64,000 nt of DNA from Candidatus Wolfebacteria bacterium GW2011_GWE2_44_13 (GCA_001000675.1 LCHW01000001.1:360875-424874); one strand, 5' to 3'; positions 1-8,995 are shown, counted from the stretch's first letter. Notes: generated by a model not told the origin, from the sequence alone. Translations and numbers: made by a program.

Positions 1-2
1 TG

Positions 3-1388
3 GAACAGGTTTGTCGCGTCTTGCGCGACTCCGCAGAGCCCTTTGGTGGGCTTCAGGTGGTCCTTGTAGGGGACTTTTTCCAGTTGCCGCCCATCGTGTC
101 ATCTGCTGAACAAGATGCCGTAAAAAGCATTTCTTTGGATGGGGGCGAATGGTCTCCATTTGCCTTTATGGGGACGGCATGGCAAAAGGCAAATTTAACT
201 ATTTGCTACCTTACTGAACAACATCGGCAAGAAGATGCTGTATTTTTGCAGGCACTCTCAGCTGTTCGTCGCGGACAAGTTACGGACGAAGTGCGTGCGT
301 GTTTTTCGGGTCGGTGTATTGCGCCGCCCACGGACGACGCGCATACAAAATTGTATACCCATAACTTTGCGGTTGATCGTTTAAATGATGCATATCTCAA
401 AAAACTTCCTGGACAGCAGTACGATTTTTTGATGCAAGGGAGTGGTGCGCCTGCTGTTGCAGAGGGGTTGAAACGCGGATGCTTATCGCCTGAAAAACTT
501 TCCTTAAAAATAGGGGCGAAAGTTATGTTTACAAAAAATAGTCCTGATGGGAAATTTGTAAACGGAACAACAGGGGAAGTTGTTGGATTTTCAAAAATAA
601 ACGGCAATCCACAAGTTGCGTTGAGTAATGGCAAAACAATTGAAACAGAACTTGCGGAATGGAGTATTTTTGATGGTATGAAATTAGTTGCCATGATCAA
701 ACAAATTCCATTGCGTCTCGCGTGGGCAATTACAGTGCATAAGAGCCAAGGCATGTCGCTCGATGCGGCTGTGATGGATTTATCTGCTGCGTTTGAATTT
801 GGACAAGGCTATGTTGCGCTGTCGCGCGTGCGCACATTGGCGGGGTTATATTTAATTGGGTACAACGAACGTGCGCTTGAAGTACACCCCGGTGTGTTTA
901 CGCAGGATGCGCTTTTCCGTGCATCGTCTGAAGAAGCGCGATATGAACATGCGGCACTCGGTGAGGAAAAAATTGCTGAATTACATGCACAATTTATCGA
1001 AGCTATGGGTGGTGGGGTTGGTATGGGTATTACTCCTGCATCTTCTGCGCCAAAACGATCAACACAAGAAGCTACAGCTGAACTGGTTGCGCAACAACTT
1101 TCTATTGCGGCCATGGCAGAACAACGCGATGTTACGGAGGCGACTATTATCGGACACTTGGAAAAACTTGTTGCGAGTGGAACATTAAACGCAGAAACAG
1201 ATCTTGCGTACCTTATGCCCGAACGGCGTCGATTTGTAACAATGCAAGCGGCGTTAGAAACGGTGTATAAAAAGAAGGGGAATATGCTTCTTTCTCCAGC
1301 GCAAGCTATGCTTGGCCCAAACTTTTCGTTTGAAGAGTTGCGTGTTGCACGCTTGTTCTTGGGTGGAGCTGCGTATTTGGAGGAGTAG
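3..1388 (+). CDS. Pif1/RecD-family ATP-dependent DNA helicase. This is the C-terminal part; the gene continues upstream of the window. It carries a C-terminal HTH-like tail.
   Basis: Helicase motifs VVLVGDFFQLPPI and ITVHKSQGMSLD are typical of Pif1/RecD/TraA-like SF1 helicases. The open frame runs to the window edge with no Walker A motif, so the gene is 5'-truncated here. Confidence 0.7.
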   Translation, partial: EQVCRVLRDSAEPFGGLQVVLVGDFFQLPPIVSSAEQDAVKSISLDGGEWSPFAFMGTAWQKANLTICYLTEQHRQEDAVFLQALSAVRRGQVTDEVRACFSGRCIAPPTDDAHTKLYTHNFAVDRLNDAYLKKLPGQQYDFLMQGSGAPAVAEGLKRGCLSPEKLSLKIGAKVMFTKNSPDGKFVNGTTGEVVGFSKINGNPQVALSNGKTIETELAEWSIFDGMKLVAMIKQIPLRLAWAITVHKSQGMSLDAAVMDLSAAFEFGQGYVALSRVRTLAGLYLIGYNERALEVHPGVFTQDALFRASSEEARYEHAALGEEKIAELHAQFIEAMGGGVGMGITPASSAPKRSTQEATAELVAQQLSIAAMAEQRDVTEATIIGHLEKLVASGTLNAETDLAYLMPERRRFVTMQAALETVYKKKGNMLLSPAQAMLGPNFSFEELRVARLFLGGAAYLEE

Positions 1389-1429
1389 TCAATATTGATA
1401 AAAAATGTGAATACTGGTACGTTGTTGGT

Positions 1430-1879
1430 ATGCAAAACATACCTCTCACCAAAGAAAAATATCTCACCGTATTAAAGGCAATTGATGCCTGTGAAATGAT
1501 GCAGTCGGCTATTGAAGAAGCAGATGGCATTGAAGAAAAAGCACATGATACGAGTTATCGCGAATTAAAAGCATATTTATTAAAACAGTCAGATTTGTTT
1601 GGGCTTGATAAGATCAATCCAAAGAAAGAAGAGGAAGCTGACTGGTCTGAAGAAATATCAGAAGATGCGAGTGAGTTAATCAACGCATATGCTGAAGTGG
1701 AAATGTTTGATAATTTAGCATGGGACCTTGCTTCAATGGAGTTTGAAAAACAAAAGGGAAGCGAAGCGGTTACTGACATGGAAGAGTTTGTAAAGCGCGG
1801 AGAAATTTACGATGCAATCATGGATGAATTCGATGCGAATGATTTGGAGAATGTGAAGATTGCAGGTTTGGTGGAATAG
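1430..1879 (+). CDS. Hypothetical acidic protein.
   Basis: 149-aa ORF that is strongly Glu/Asp-rich, with no recognisable motif. It is followed by an intrinsic terminator. Confidence 0.4.
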   Translation: MQNIPLTKEKYLTVLKAIDACEMMQSAIEEADGIEEKAHDTSYRELKAYLLKQSDLFGLDKINPKKEEEADWSEEISEDASELINAYAEVEMFDNLAWDLASMEFEKQKGSEAVTDMEEFVKRGEIYDAIMDEFDANDLENVKIAGLVE

Positions 1880-1888
1880 TAGATATAA

Positions 1889-1917
1889 AAAAAGCCGCCC
1901 TTATGGGGCGGCTTTAT
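1889..1917 (+). terminator. Rho-independent terminator hairpin.
   Basis: aaagccgccc-ttat-ggggcggcttt. Confidence 0.55.
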
Positions 1918-1937
1918 CGTTGGAGGAGTATTGCTAA

Positions 1938-2207
1938 TTACTCTGAGCGCTCGGAGAGCGTGTATGTAACGACAACGATGGCGGCAATAGTGAAATCTGC
2001 GAACATTGCCTGCCTTTGTGCTGTTACGCACTGTACATCGAGGCGCATCTCCACCTTTTCGATGGTGATGTCATGGTTGTCTTCACCGGCTGCTTGCCAG
2101 CGGGCAACGTTCAGGTTAAGGGTTTCCTCAACTCGTTGAGAGCTTAAGTTGCCTCCTGAAGTTAAGTCGGTTGAACAGAATATCTTGATCTGGTTTTTTG
2201 TTGCCAC
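1938..2207 (-). CDS. Hypothetical small protein (89 aa).
   Basis: ORF with plausible coding composition that fills the gap; no confident family assignment. Confidence 0.3.
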   Translation of the reverse strand: MATKNQIKIFCSTDLTSGGNLSSQRVEETLNLNVARWQAAGEDNHDITIEKVEMRLDVQCVTAQRQAMFADFTIAAIVVVTYTLSERSE

Positions 2208-2339
2208 AGCAGCACCTCTTTAAGGAACGAATTTAGAACCGTTCATATAATGACCTAAAATATGCCATGTGTCAAGGAATGATATAAAACATACTAAATC
2301 TAAAATATACGGTTTCATATTTTGTGATATAATAATTAT

Positions 2340-3413
2340 ATGAATGTGCGTGTATTTATAAAATTAATTTTTGCTGTTGTAGTTACGGAATGTGCAGGAA
2401 TGTTTGGTGCATTTTTAGCAGCCATCGTTTCGGCTATTTCTGCGAATCCAAGTAATGACTCTTGGTATGTAACCGCAAAGGAGCTTATTGTAAACCCGCC
2501 TGTGTGGTCTTTTGAAACAATCCTTGTTGTACTCTATGCCTTCTTGGGATTGGCGAGTGGAATTATTTGGGCTGGGTTGCATCGCGATGCGTACCGTAAT
2601 ATGGGGGCGGGACGCGTGCAGAGAAGAATAAAAGGTGCGCTTGCTGTATTTTCTGTGTTAATGATATTGAGCATTCTATGGCCTACGATATTTTTTGTCT
2701 CTACTCGACTATTTTTTGTATTTGCATATATTCTTGTACTTTTCTTTGCGATAGCAGCAACTATTTTTGTATTTTCACGTATAAGCAAGGTGGCTGCGCT
2801 ATTGCTCGTGCCGTATTTTATATACGTAGCATTTTTGGGTTTTGTGAATCGACCTATTCTAAATCCCGCTACTGAGCTTGTGGGGCAACATGCATGTACT
2901 GAAGAAGCGAGGGTGTGTGCTGATGGATCTACGGTTGTGCGTAGCGGTCCACAATGTGAATTCGCAGCATGCCCAGAAGCTACAATTGATACGGCGTGGA
3001 AGAAATTTACGAGCACGAAAACGAACGTATTATTTTACTATCCCGAATCTATTGGAGCGACGTATATTCGAGCAGTTGAATGGCCTCCACTTCTCACAAC
3101 TTCTCGCGACCCATTTTCTTGTATCGAGGGCGGACTAGAAACATATCGTGCAGGGAAAACTGAAAAGAAAACAGTTGAGAGAAGAACGTATTGTGTGACA
3201 AAAACTTCTCAAGAAACCGATGGAAGTGTATTTACGGATTATGTATATCGCACAGAATTAGCGGATGTAGTAATCGCGTTTACAACAACACTGCAAGCGG
3301 TGCATTGTAGTAACTCGGTTGAACCACAAAAAACTGAATGCGAGAACGAACGGGCAACCTTTACCCTCGATGATATTATGGGGCGTGTTATGCAAAGTGC
3401 ATTACTTCGTTAA
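2340..3413 (+). CDS. TspO/MBR-family membrane protein with a roughly 180-aa Cys-rich C-terminal extension.
   Basis: The N-terminal 5-TM region carries Trp-rich TspO-like motifs (NPPVWSF, LLLVPYFIYVAFLGFVN). The C-terminal half is a soluble domain with multiple Cys. Confidence 0.5.
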   Translation: MNVRVFIKLIFAVVVTECAGMFGAFLAAIVSAISANPSNDSWYVTAKELIVNPPVWSFETILVVLYAFLGLASGIIWAGLHRDAYRNMGAGRVQRRIKGALAVFSVLMILSILWPTIFFVSTRLFFVFAYILVLFFAIAATIFVFSRISKVAALLLVPYFIYVAFLGFVNRPILNPATELVGQHACTEEARVCADGSTVVRSGPQCEFAACPEATIDTAWKKFTSTKTNVLFYYPESIGATYIRAVEWPPLLTTSRDPFSCIEGGLETYRAGKTEKKTVERRTYCVTKTSQETDGSVFTDYVYRTELADVVIAFTTTLQAVHCSNSVEPQKTECENERATFTLDDIMGRVMQSALLR

Positions 3414-3420
3414 TTTACCT

Positions 3421-3930
3421 ATGACCAAAAAAATTGTTGTTGTGCACGATATGATGCAAAAAGGATATCAATATGAACTCACCGAACCGGTAGGGAAGAA
3501 TTTTGCTCCTCTTTTTACGCCAGACTTAACACCTAAGGAAATGTTGCAACTTGGCGTATTTGGTGGAAAATATATGACTGATTGTAAGAAAGAATTTCCG
3601 GCAGATTGGTACGTAGGCGTAAAACTGTGTCATGAACGACATGACCCCACGTTGAATTATTTTGGTGTGAACGCTTCGCAGCCGCTCAAGGTATGGAAGG
3701 CAAAAGGATGGATTCATTCGTGCGACCCGCGAGGATGGTTTCAATGGTATTGTCGTTATTATATGGGGCGTCGTATGCCCGAAGAAGATGCATGGCAAAT
3801 TCGTCGATGGCGGGCTATTCGAAGGCATATTACGCAGATTAAAAATAATTGTGCTAAAGGTGACGCGATGTGTCGGCCGCGGCAGCGACAGGCTGTGTTG
3901 CACTGGGGGTATGACTCAAGAACGATTTAG
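3421..3930 (+). CDS. Conserved hypothetical protein (W/R-rich, GWFQWYCRYYMGRR motif).
   Basis: ORF taken from the ATG at 3421; the upstream extension overlaps the previous gene. No family recognised. Confidence 0.4.
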   Translation: MTKKIVVVHDMMQKGYQYELTEPVGKNFAPLFTPDLTPKEMLQLGVFGGKYMTDCKKEFPADWYVGVKLCHERHDPTLNYFGVNASQPLKVWKAKGWIHSCDPRGWFQWYCRYYMGRRMPEEDAWQIRRWRAIRRHITQIKNNCAKGDAMCRPRQRQAVLHWGYDSRTI

Positions 3931-3960
3931 TATGAGCGAGCTAATTGCATTGGAATGTAT

Positions 3961-3993
3961 TGACATTGTATATACATTGTATATACTTACAAT
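3961..3993 (+). promoter_or_regulatory. Promoter with a twin palindromic operator upstream of dinJ.
   Basis: TTGACA at 3960-3965, then the 11-bp direct repeat cattgtatata twice (3964-3974 and 3975-3985). Each repeat contains the perfect palindrome GTATATAC (3968-3975 and 3979-3986), spaced one helical turn apart, ending 8 bp before the ATG. Confidence 0.5.
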
Positions 3994-4251
3994 ATGACTA
4001 CTTTAAACATTCGAATTGACGAAAAAATAAAGGCAAAGGCGAATAAAACTTTTGAAGACATGGGCCTTGATATGTCGAGTGCAATAAAGCTATTTCTTAC
4101 TCAGTCCATTAAGGAAAAAGGGCTGCCTTTTACTCCGACTAATAATGATGCTGTTATCAGGGCGCGTTGGGATAAGGAAGTTGCTCATGCGTTGAAGAAC
4201 GGGAAACGATATGGATCTGGGGCAGAATTACATAAGGACCTTTTGAGCTAG
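3994..4251 (+). CDS. dinJ: Type II antitoxin, DinJ/RelB family (ribbon-helix-helix).
   Basis: MTTLNIRIDEKIKAKANKTFEDMGLDMSSAIKLFLTQSIKEKGLPF matches the DinJ N-terminal RHH pattern. A cognate toxin gene lies downstream. Confidence 0.75.
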   Translation: MTTLNIRIDEKIKAKANKTFEDMGLDMSSAIKLFLTQSIKEKGLPFTPTNNDAVIRARWDKEVAHALKNGKRYGSGAELHKDLLS

Positions 4252-4360
4252 GTGCGTATGTATGCGGTTGAAATAACCAATATCGGCGATAGCGAATTGT
4301 TCTGAATCCACGGCAGACAGACGGAGTATTCAATGCGGGGAGCTATTAGTCACTCACTCT

Positions 4361-4654
4361 ATGTTCAAAACAAAAAAACTAGACATCATTACAACGTCTA
4401 GTTATAAGAAGTCGTTTAAAAAACTTGCTAAGAGTGGTATATTTCCTGTTACAGAAATAGATAGAGTTGTGGATATGCTTGCGTCAGGTGAATTACTTGA
4501 TAAAAAATACAAAGATCATCAACTGAGAGGCGAATATAAGAATTATCGAGAATGCCATATTCTTAATGACCTACTGTTAATGTATAGAATTGAAAATAAA
4601 GAATTGGTATTGATACTGATTGATATTGGTAGTCATTCGCAATTATTTGGATAA
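4361..4654 (+). CDS. yafQ: Type II toxin, YafQ/RelE family mRNA interferase.
   Basis: KDHQLRGEYKNYRECHILNDLLLMYRIEN matches the YafQ signature (KDH.L.G.W.G.R.CHI..D.LLIY). It is paired with dinJ. Confidence 0.7.
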   Translation: MFKTKKLDIITTSSYKKSFKKLAKSGIFPVTEIDRVVDMLASGELLDKKYKDHQLRGEYKNYRECHILNDLLLMYRIENKELVLILIDIGSHSQLFG

Positions 4655-4673
4655 GCGTGGTATGATTTAATTT

Positions 4674-5381
4674 ATGAACAATCTTATTTTTCTTGATACT
4701 GAAACGACGGGTAATGATGTAACCGTGGATCGACTATGCCAGGTTTGTTATAAAACTGCTGATGGGATATTTACTGAGTTTTTCAAGCCGCCAATCCCTA
4801 TATCGGTAAAGGCGATGAGTATTACGCACATTACGAATAAAATGATTGCGGATAAGGAATCGTTTGAAGGAAGTGCGATGCAAAAAGAGCTTGGGGTATT
4901 ATTAAAAGACGGTATTCTAGTGGCACATAATGCGCCATTTGATAAAGCCATTCTTGAAGCAGAAGGCCTTGTTGTTCCGCAGCATATTTGTACATTGCGT
5001 GTGGCACGCGCACTAGACGAAGAGGCTGTGATTCCGGAGTACAATTTGCAATTCTTGCGCTATTATCTGGATCTTGAAATTGACGCGAATGCACATGACG
5101 CGGAAGGCGATGTGAAGGTGCTTGCCGCTGTGTTTGATCGGCTTATGGCTAAACTCACGCAGCAAGGGCTAAGTGAAGATGAGGCGATTGCGAAGATGTT
5201 GGATATTTCCACAAAGCCGTCACTCATTAGAAAGTTTACCTTTGGGAAACATAATGGTGAAACTATCGCCGAAGTTGCGAAGATCGACAAGGGATATTTG
5301 CAATGGCTCATGGGGCAAAAAATGGCTGAAGGAGTGCCAGACGAAGATTGGATTCATACATTGCAGACGTATCTAAAATAA
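4674..5381 (+). CDS. DEDDh 3'-5' exonuclease (DnaQ/ExoX-like) with a DUF3820-like C-terminal tail.
   Basis: Exo I motif IFLDTETTG, Exo II motif VAHNAPFDKAIL and Exo III motif HDAEGDVKVL. The C-terminal tail FTFGKHNGETIAEV..GYLQWL is present. Confidence 0.7.
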   Translation: MNNLIFLDTETTGNDVTVDRLCQVCYKTADGIFTEFFKPPIPISVKAMSITHITNKMIADKESFEGSAMQKELGVLLKDGILVAHNAPFDKAILEAEGLVVPQHICTLRVARALDEEAVIPEYNLQFLRYYLDLEIDANAHDAEGDVKVLAAVFDRLMAKLTQQGLSEDEAIAKMLDISTKPSLIRKFTFGKHNGETIAEVAKIDKGYLQWLMGQKMAEGVPDEDWIHTLQTYLK

Positions 5382-5384
5382 AAA

Positions 5385-5412
5385 GTTTCTATACTTTTTT
5401 CTAGAAAAAAGT
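5385..5412. repeat. A/T palindrome preceding copy 1 of the dispersed repeat.
   Basis: atacttttttctagaaaaaagtat is a perfect inverted repeat. Confidence 0.4.
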
Positions 5413-5422
5413 ATCAAAAAAG

Positions 5423-5563
5423 TCACGAACCAGAAATATTTCGGGGTCGCCTCCAAAACGGCAGAAGCTCGGAACTCGCACGCCGAGGGTAGGCGCGCTC
5501 AAACACCGAGCTTCTTCCGATATTTTTCCAGCGCCCTTTATCCGAAATATTCCCATGTTCGTA
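5423..5563 (+). repeat. Dispersed structured intergenic repeat, copy 1 (about 140 bp).
   Basis: Near-identical to 25535-25673 and diverged from 49046-49196. It has internal long-range complementarity (agaagctcgg with ccgagcttct; gaaatatttcgg with ccgaaatattcc). Confidence 0.6.
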
Positions 5564-5580
5564 GATGGGGTAATAAAATA

Positions 5581-5617
5581 AAAATAACCGTCAGCTTAGG
5601 GCTGACGGTTATTTTAT
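5581..5617. terminator. Bidirectional intrinsic terminator.
   Basis: aaccgtcagc-ttag-ggctgacggtt flanked by A/T runs, sitting between convergent genes. Confidence 0.55.
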
Positions 5618-5624
5618 GTTCATA

Positions 5625-6464
5625 TTATTTTAGGTTTGACTGCAGGAATTTAAGTGTCCTTTGCCATGCATCCTTTGTTTCGTTTGGTGCGTAGCTTTGG
5701 CCCGACGGGTTGGCAAACGCATGGCCAACGCCTGGATAAATAACAATATCATTTTGAATACCAAGCTCGTTTAGTGTATCACGAAATGCGTTGACTGCTT
5801 TTGGTGGGATGCCTTGATCTTCGCCTGCAAAGTTCCCGAGTACGGGCCATGTGATGGCGCGCAACTCATCTTTTGTGACCGTTACGTTTCCATAATAGAT
5901 AATCGTTGCATTAAGTTGCTCACCAGAAAGTGCAAGTTGCAGAGATTGACCACCTCCAAAGCACCATCCGAGTGAAGCAATTTTAGTAGCGCCTTTTGCG
6001 CGAAGATACGCTGTGGCGGCGCGCATATTCTCCCGCCCTTTTTCTTTGTCGAATGACCCCGTTTGTTTACGTGCTTCATCTTGGGTTGTTGCTACTGTGC
6101 CAAACATGTCTACGGCGAGTACTTGATAGCCTTGGCCTGCAAGCTCTTTTGCTGTTTCGCGCATTGTGTCGTTTAAGCCCCACCATTCGTGAATCATGAC
6201 GATACCTGGATAGGTACCCGGTGCTTCTGGGCGAGCGTAGAAACCATTTCGATCGGGGAAGTATGTCGCAGCTTCTGTGATAACGGGAACGGCTGCGCCA
6301 TTTTTCATGATTGCAATATTTGCGTCTGTTAATGACGTTGCCATTGGCGGAACGTCATGAATATCTTCTGGTGCCCAAGCGCTTCCGCGCCACAGAATAA
6401 GCGCAGCGATTACAATAAATACACCAAGAGCAATATGTAATGATAATTTGAAATAATGGTTCAT
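5625..6464 (-). CDS. Dienelactone hydrolase-family alpha/beta hydrolase with an N-terminal signal/TM segment.
   Basis: VMIHEWWGLNDTMRETAKELAGQGYQVLAVDMF and the nucleophile elbow GWCFGG are typical of DLH/carboxymethylenebutenolidase. Confidence 0.55.
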   Translation of the reverse strand: MNHYFKLSLHIALGVFIVIAALILWRGSAWAPEDIHDVPPMATSLTDANIAIMKNGAAVPVITEAATYFPDRNGFYARPEAPGTYPGIVMIHEWWGLNDTMRETAKELAGQGYQVLAVDMFGTVATTQDEARKQTGSFDKEKGRENMRAATAYLRAKGATKIASLGWCFGGGQSLQLALSGEQLNATIIYYGNVTVTKDELRAITWPVLGNFAGEDQGIPPKAVNAFRDTLNELGIQNDIVIYPGVGHAFANPSGQSYAPNETKDAWQRTLKFLQSNLK

Positions 6465-6658
6465 TGATTCTTTACGTTATGTGAATAGAGGATACCCACG
6501 TGCATTACAATGATACATCTGTTGGCTGTGGAGGTTCAATAGGGGGGGTAGTGTAACAAGTATGATAAAAGTGCGTTATCTCATACTAGTTGCGCGTGCG
6601 GGTATGTGATGCCCTAGGGTCGAGCACCGAATAATGGTATATTAACTATCATACTTTT

Positions 6659-8455
6659 ATGAAACAATTTTTATTTAAAACGCTAGAGATATATCGACCC
6701 TTTCAAAAAACCATGGGGGTTATGTTTTTGTTCATGATTGTTATGCAGATTTTTAACCTTGTATCCCCATATTTGTATGGGCGTATTATCGACGGCGTTG
6801 TGTCTCAGCAGCCAATACAGCAAGTGCTTTTCATTGCGTTTATGGCCTTTATGGTGTATGCCACGCAAGAATTGCTCGGATATCTTAGTGATCAATATGA
6901 GCTGAAATATTTTGACTTTGCAGTGCCACGGCATATCAAGGTGAGAACCTTGAATAAATTTTTTACGTTTAGTATTGGGCAGCACAATAATCAAAACAGC
7001 GGAGTGAAAAGAAGCGTGATCACACGTGGAGAACATTCGCTTAACTCGCTTGCGTTTAAGTTTGCTTACGAAATTATTCCGATGGTATTGCAGGTACTCT
7101 TTACCGTTGTTGCGTTGTTGTACATTAACTGGATTCTTGGTTCGATTGTTCTGTTTGGCGTTGTTGTATTTGTCGCTATTACTATTTATTTAAATATTAT
7201 TTTGCGCGAGGAGATGACGGCGGTTCGGGACTTATGGGTTGAAAATGATAAAGAACAAAGCGAATTGATACAGAACGTTGAGTTGGTACAGGTAAATGTG
7301 CAGGAAAAAAGAGTTATAGATGAATATAGTCAGTCGTACGAAACGATTGGAGATCGTTCTAAAATCCTTTGGGGTCAATATACATTTTTTTCATCGCTGA
7401 GAGGGCTTCTTGTGGTGATTGTGCGGTTTGCCGTCATTGCTATTGGTATCTGGTTTGTGTATGAAGGGAAATATACACCAGGGTATCTTGTTATATTTCT
7501 TACGTGGTCCTCTAACGCATTTTCACGACTTGGTAATTTTGGAAACACTCATCGACAAGCGCTTGAGTTATACTCATCGGTACAAAAATATTATGAGATG
7601 ATTGATGTGCCTTGCGATATTGTGATGGCTAAGCATCCCATTAGCCCTACGATCGAGGGGAAAATCGAATTTAAAAATGTGTCATTTCGCTATCCAGCAC
7701 GAAATGGTGTTGATAAGAGTGAGGATACTAAGAAAGATGTGACCTCTGAAGAGCCTGCTCTGTTGCGGGATGCGTTAACGGGGGTTAATTTAATTGTTGA
7801 GCCGGGGCAACGCGTTGCATTCGTTGGACATTCGGGTGCTGGTAAATCAACGCTTGCACAAATGATTATTCGCGCATTTGATCCTGTGGAGGGGCAAATC
7901 TTGATCGATGGACACGATTTGCGTGAGCTCGATCTTGGCTACTACCGATCACATATCGGTATGGTAGAGCAGGATGTGCAATTGTTTGATAACACGCTAC
8001 GGTACAATATTGCATTCGGAAGACCAGAAGAGGTGAGCGATGCTGAGTTTGACGAAGTTTCCCGATTGGCGAGTATTGAACAGTTTCGTCATCGATTGGA
8101 AAAAGGATTCGATACCCTTATCGGAGAAAAGGGTGTGAAGCTTTCGGGGGGAGAGCGTCAACGTGTGGGTATTGCGCGTGCGTTGATTAAGCACCCTAAA
8201 ATTCTTATTTTTGACGAGGCTACATCAAGCCTTGATACAGAGAACGAACAGTTGATCCGTCAATCCATCGAACAAGCTTCTCAAGGGCGTACAACGATTA
8301 TAATTGCCCATCGATTATCGACTATCCGAGATGCGGATAAGATATTTGTTATGGGTGATGGCAATGTTGTTGGCGCAGGAACACACGAGGAGCTTATGCA
8401 TAGTTGCAAGCCATACCAAAATTTGATCGGTAAGCAAATGGTTTCCATTGTGTGA
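6659..8455 (+). CDS. ABC exporter with fused TMD and NBD (MsbA/type I exporter-like).
   Basis: The N-terminal region has 6 TM segments. It has Walker A GHSGAGKST, signature LSGGERQRVGIARAL and Walker B ILIFDEATSSLD. An acidic insert precedes Walker A. Confidence 0.8.
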   Translation: MKQFLFKTLEIYRPFQKTMGVMFLFMIVMQIFNLVSPYLYGRIIDGVVSQQPIQQVLFIAFMAFMVYATQELLGYLSDQYELKYFDFAVPRHIKVRTLNKFFTFSIGQHNNQNSGVKRSVITRGEHSLNSLAFKFAYEIIPMVLQVLFTVVALLYINWILGSIVLFGVVVFVAITIYLNIILREEMTAVRDLWVENDKEQSELIQNVELVQVNVQEKRVIDEYSQSYETIGDRSKILWGQYTFFSSLRGLLVVIVRFAVIAIGIWFVYEGKYTPGYLVIFLTWSSNAFSRLGNFGNTHRQALELYSSVQKYYEMIDVPCDIVMAKHPISPTIEGKIEFKNVSFRYPARNGVDKSEDTKKDVTSEEPALLRDALTGVNLIVEPGQRVAFVGHSGAGKSTLAQMIIRAFDPVEGQILIDGHDLRELDLGYYRSHIGMVEQDVQLFDNTLRYNIAFGRPEEVSDAEFDEVSRLASIEQFRHRLEKGFDTLIGEKGVKLSGGERQRVGIARALIKHPKILIFDEATSSLDTENEQLIRQSIEQASQGRTTIIIAHRLSTIRDADKIFVMGDGNVVGAGTHEELMHSCKPYQNLIGKQMVSIV

Positions 8456-8473
8456 TATATACGACAATGAGAA

Positions 8474-8506
8474 AGAAAGACGCCTATAGAAGAGGCGTCT
8501 TTCTTG
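8474..8506 (+). terminator. Intrinsic terminator.
   Basis: aaagacgcc-tatagaag-aggcgtcttt, followed by ttcttg. Confidence 0.5.
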
Positions 8507-8606
8507 ACATAATTGATAAAATATGGTAGATAGTATTTAGCTATCGATTTAAAAATAAAATATGTTTTAGAGTTTTTAAACCCTGAGCCGAAAAGGAGGA
8601 TAAACC

Positions 8607-8990
8607 GTGGAAATACTATACACTCAGTATTTGAAAGAGTTCAAATTATTCGTTTACCGCGCAATTGTTTTTGCGGTGGGTATTGCCACGGTTTTGTGCT
8701 GTGTGGCCAAACCCCTCCACCAACTTCCAGAGTTCCTTCCGGCCACCTCTGCCGGCATTTTCCTGCTATTTGTCGGTGCATACAGCCTGCGAGTTGCAAT
8801 GCGGCTCGCATGGGCTTTACGGCTGCTTCAGTGGACTATGCGGCGACTTGACCTAACCGAAGCTGATGCTGCAGAAGGATTGTTCAAATTCCAACTGTAT
8901 CGAAGTCGAACGTTTGAGCAATGGAGGCGAGAAGACTTTGTTGCTCAATTGAAAGATGCCCGGGACGTCACGAGTATGTGTGGCGGATGA
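8607..8990 (+). CDS. Hypothetical small membrane protein (GTG start); GC-elevated.
   Basis: RBS aaaaggagga is 6 nt upstream of the GTG start. Composition is GC-richer than the flanks and the gene has its own terminator. Confidence 0.45.
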   Translation: MEILYTQYLKEFKLFVYRAIVFAVGIATVLCCVAKPLHQLPEFLPATSAGIFLLFVGAYSLRVAMRLAWALRLLQWTMRRLDLTEADAAEGLFKFQLYRSRTFEQWRREDFVAQLKDARDVTSMCGG

Positions 8991-8995
8991 ATTCC

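Noticed and set aside
3319-3420. Upstream extension of the 3421-3930 ORF to 3319.
   Set aside because: It overlaps the last 95 bp of the TspO-fusion gene in another frame. The ATG at 3421 follows the upstream stop codon and gives a clean start (MTKKIVVVHD).
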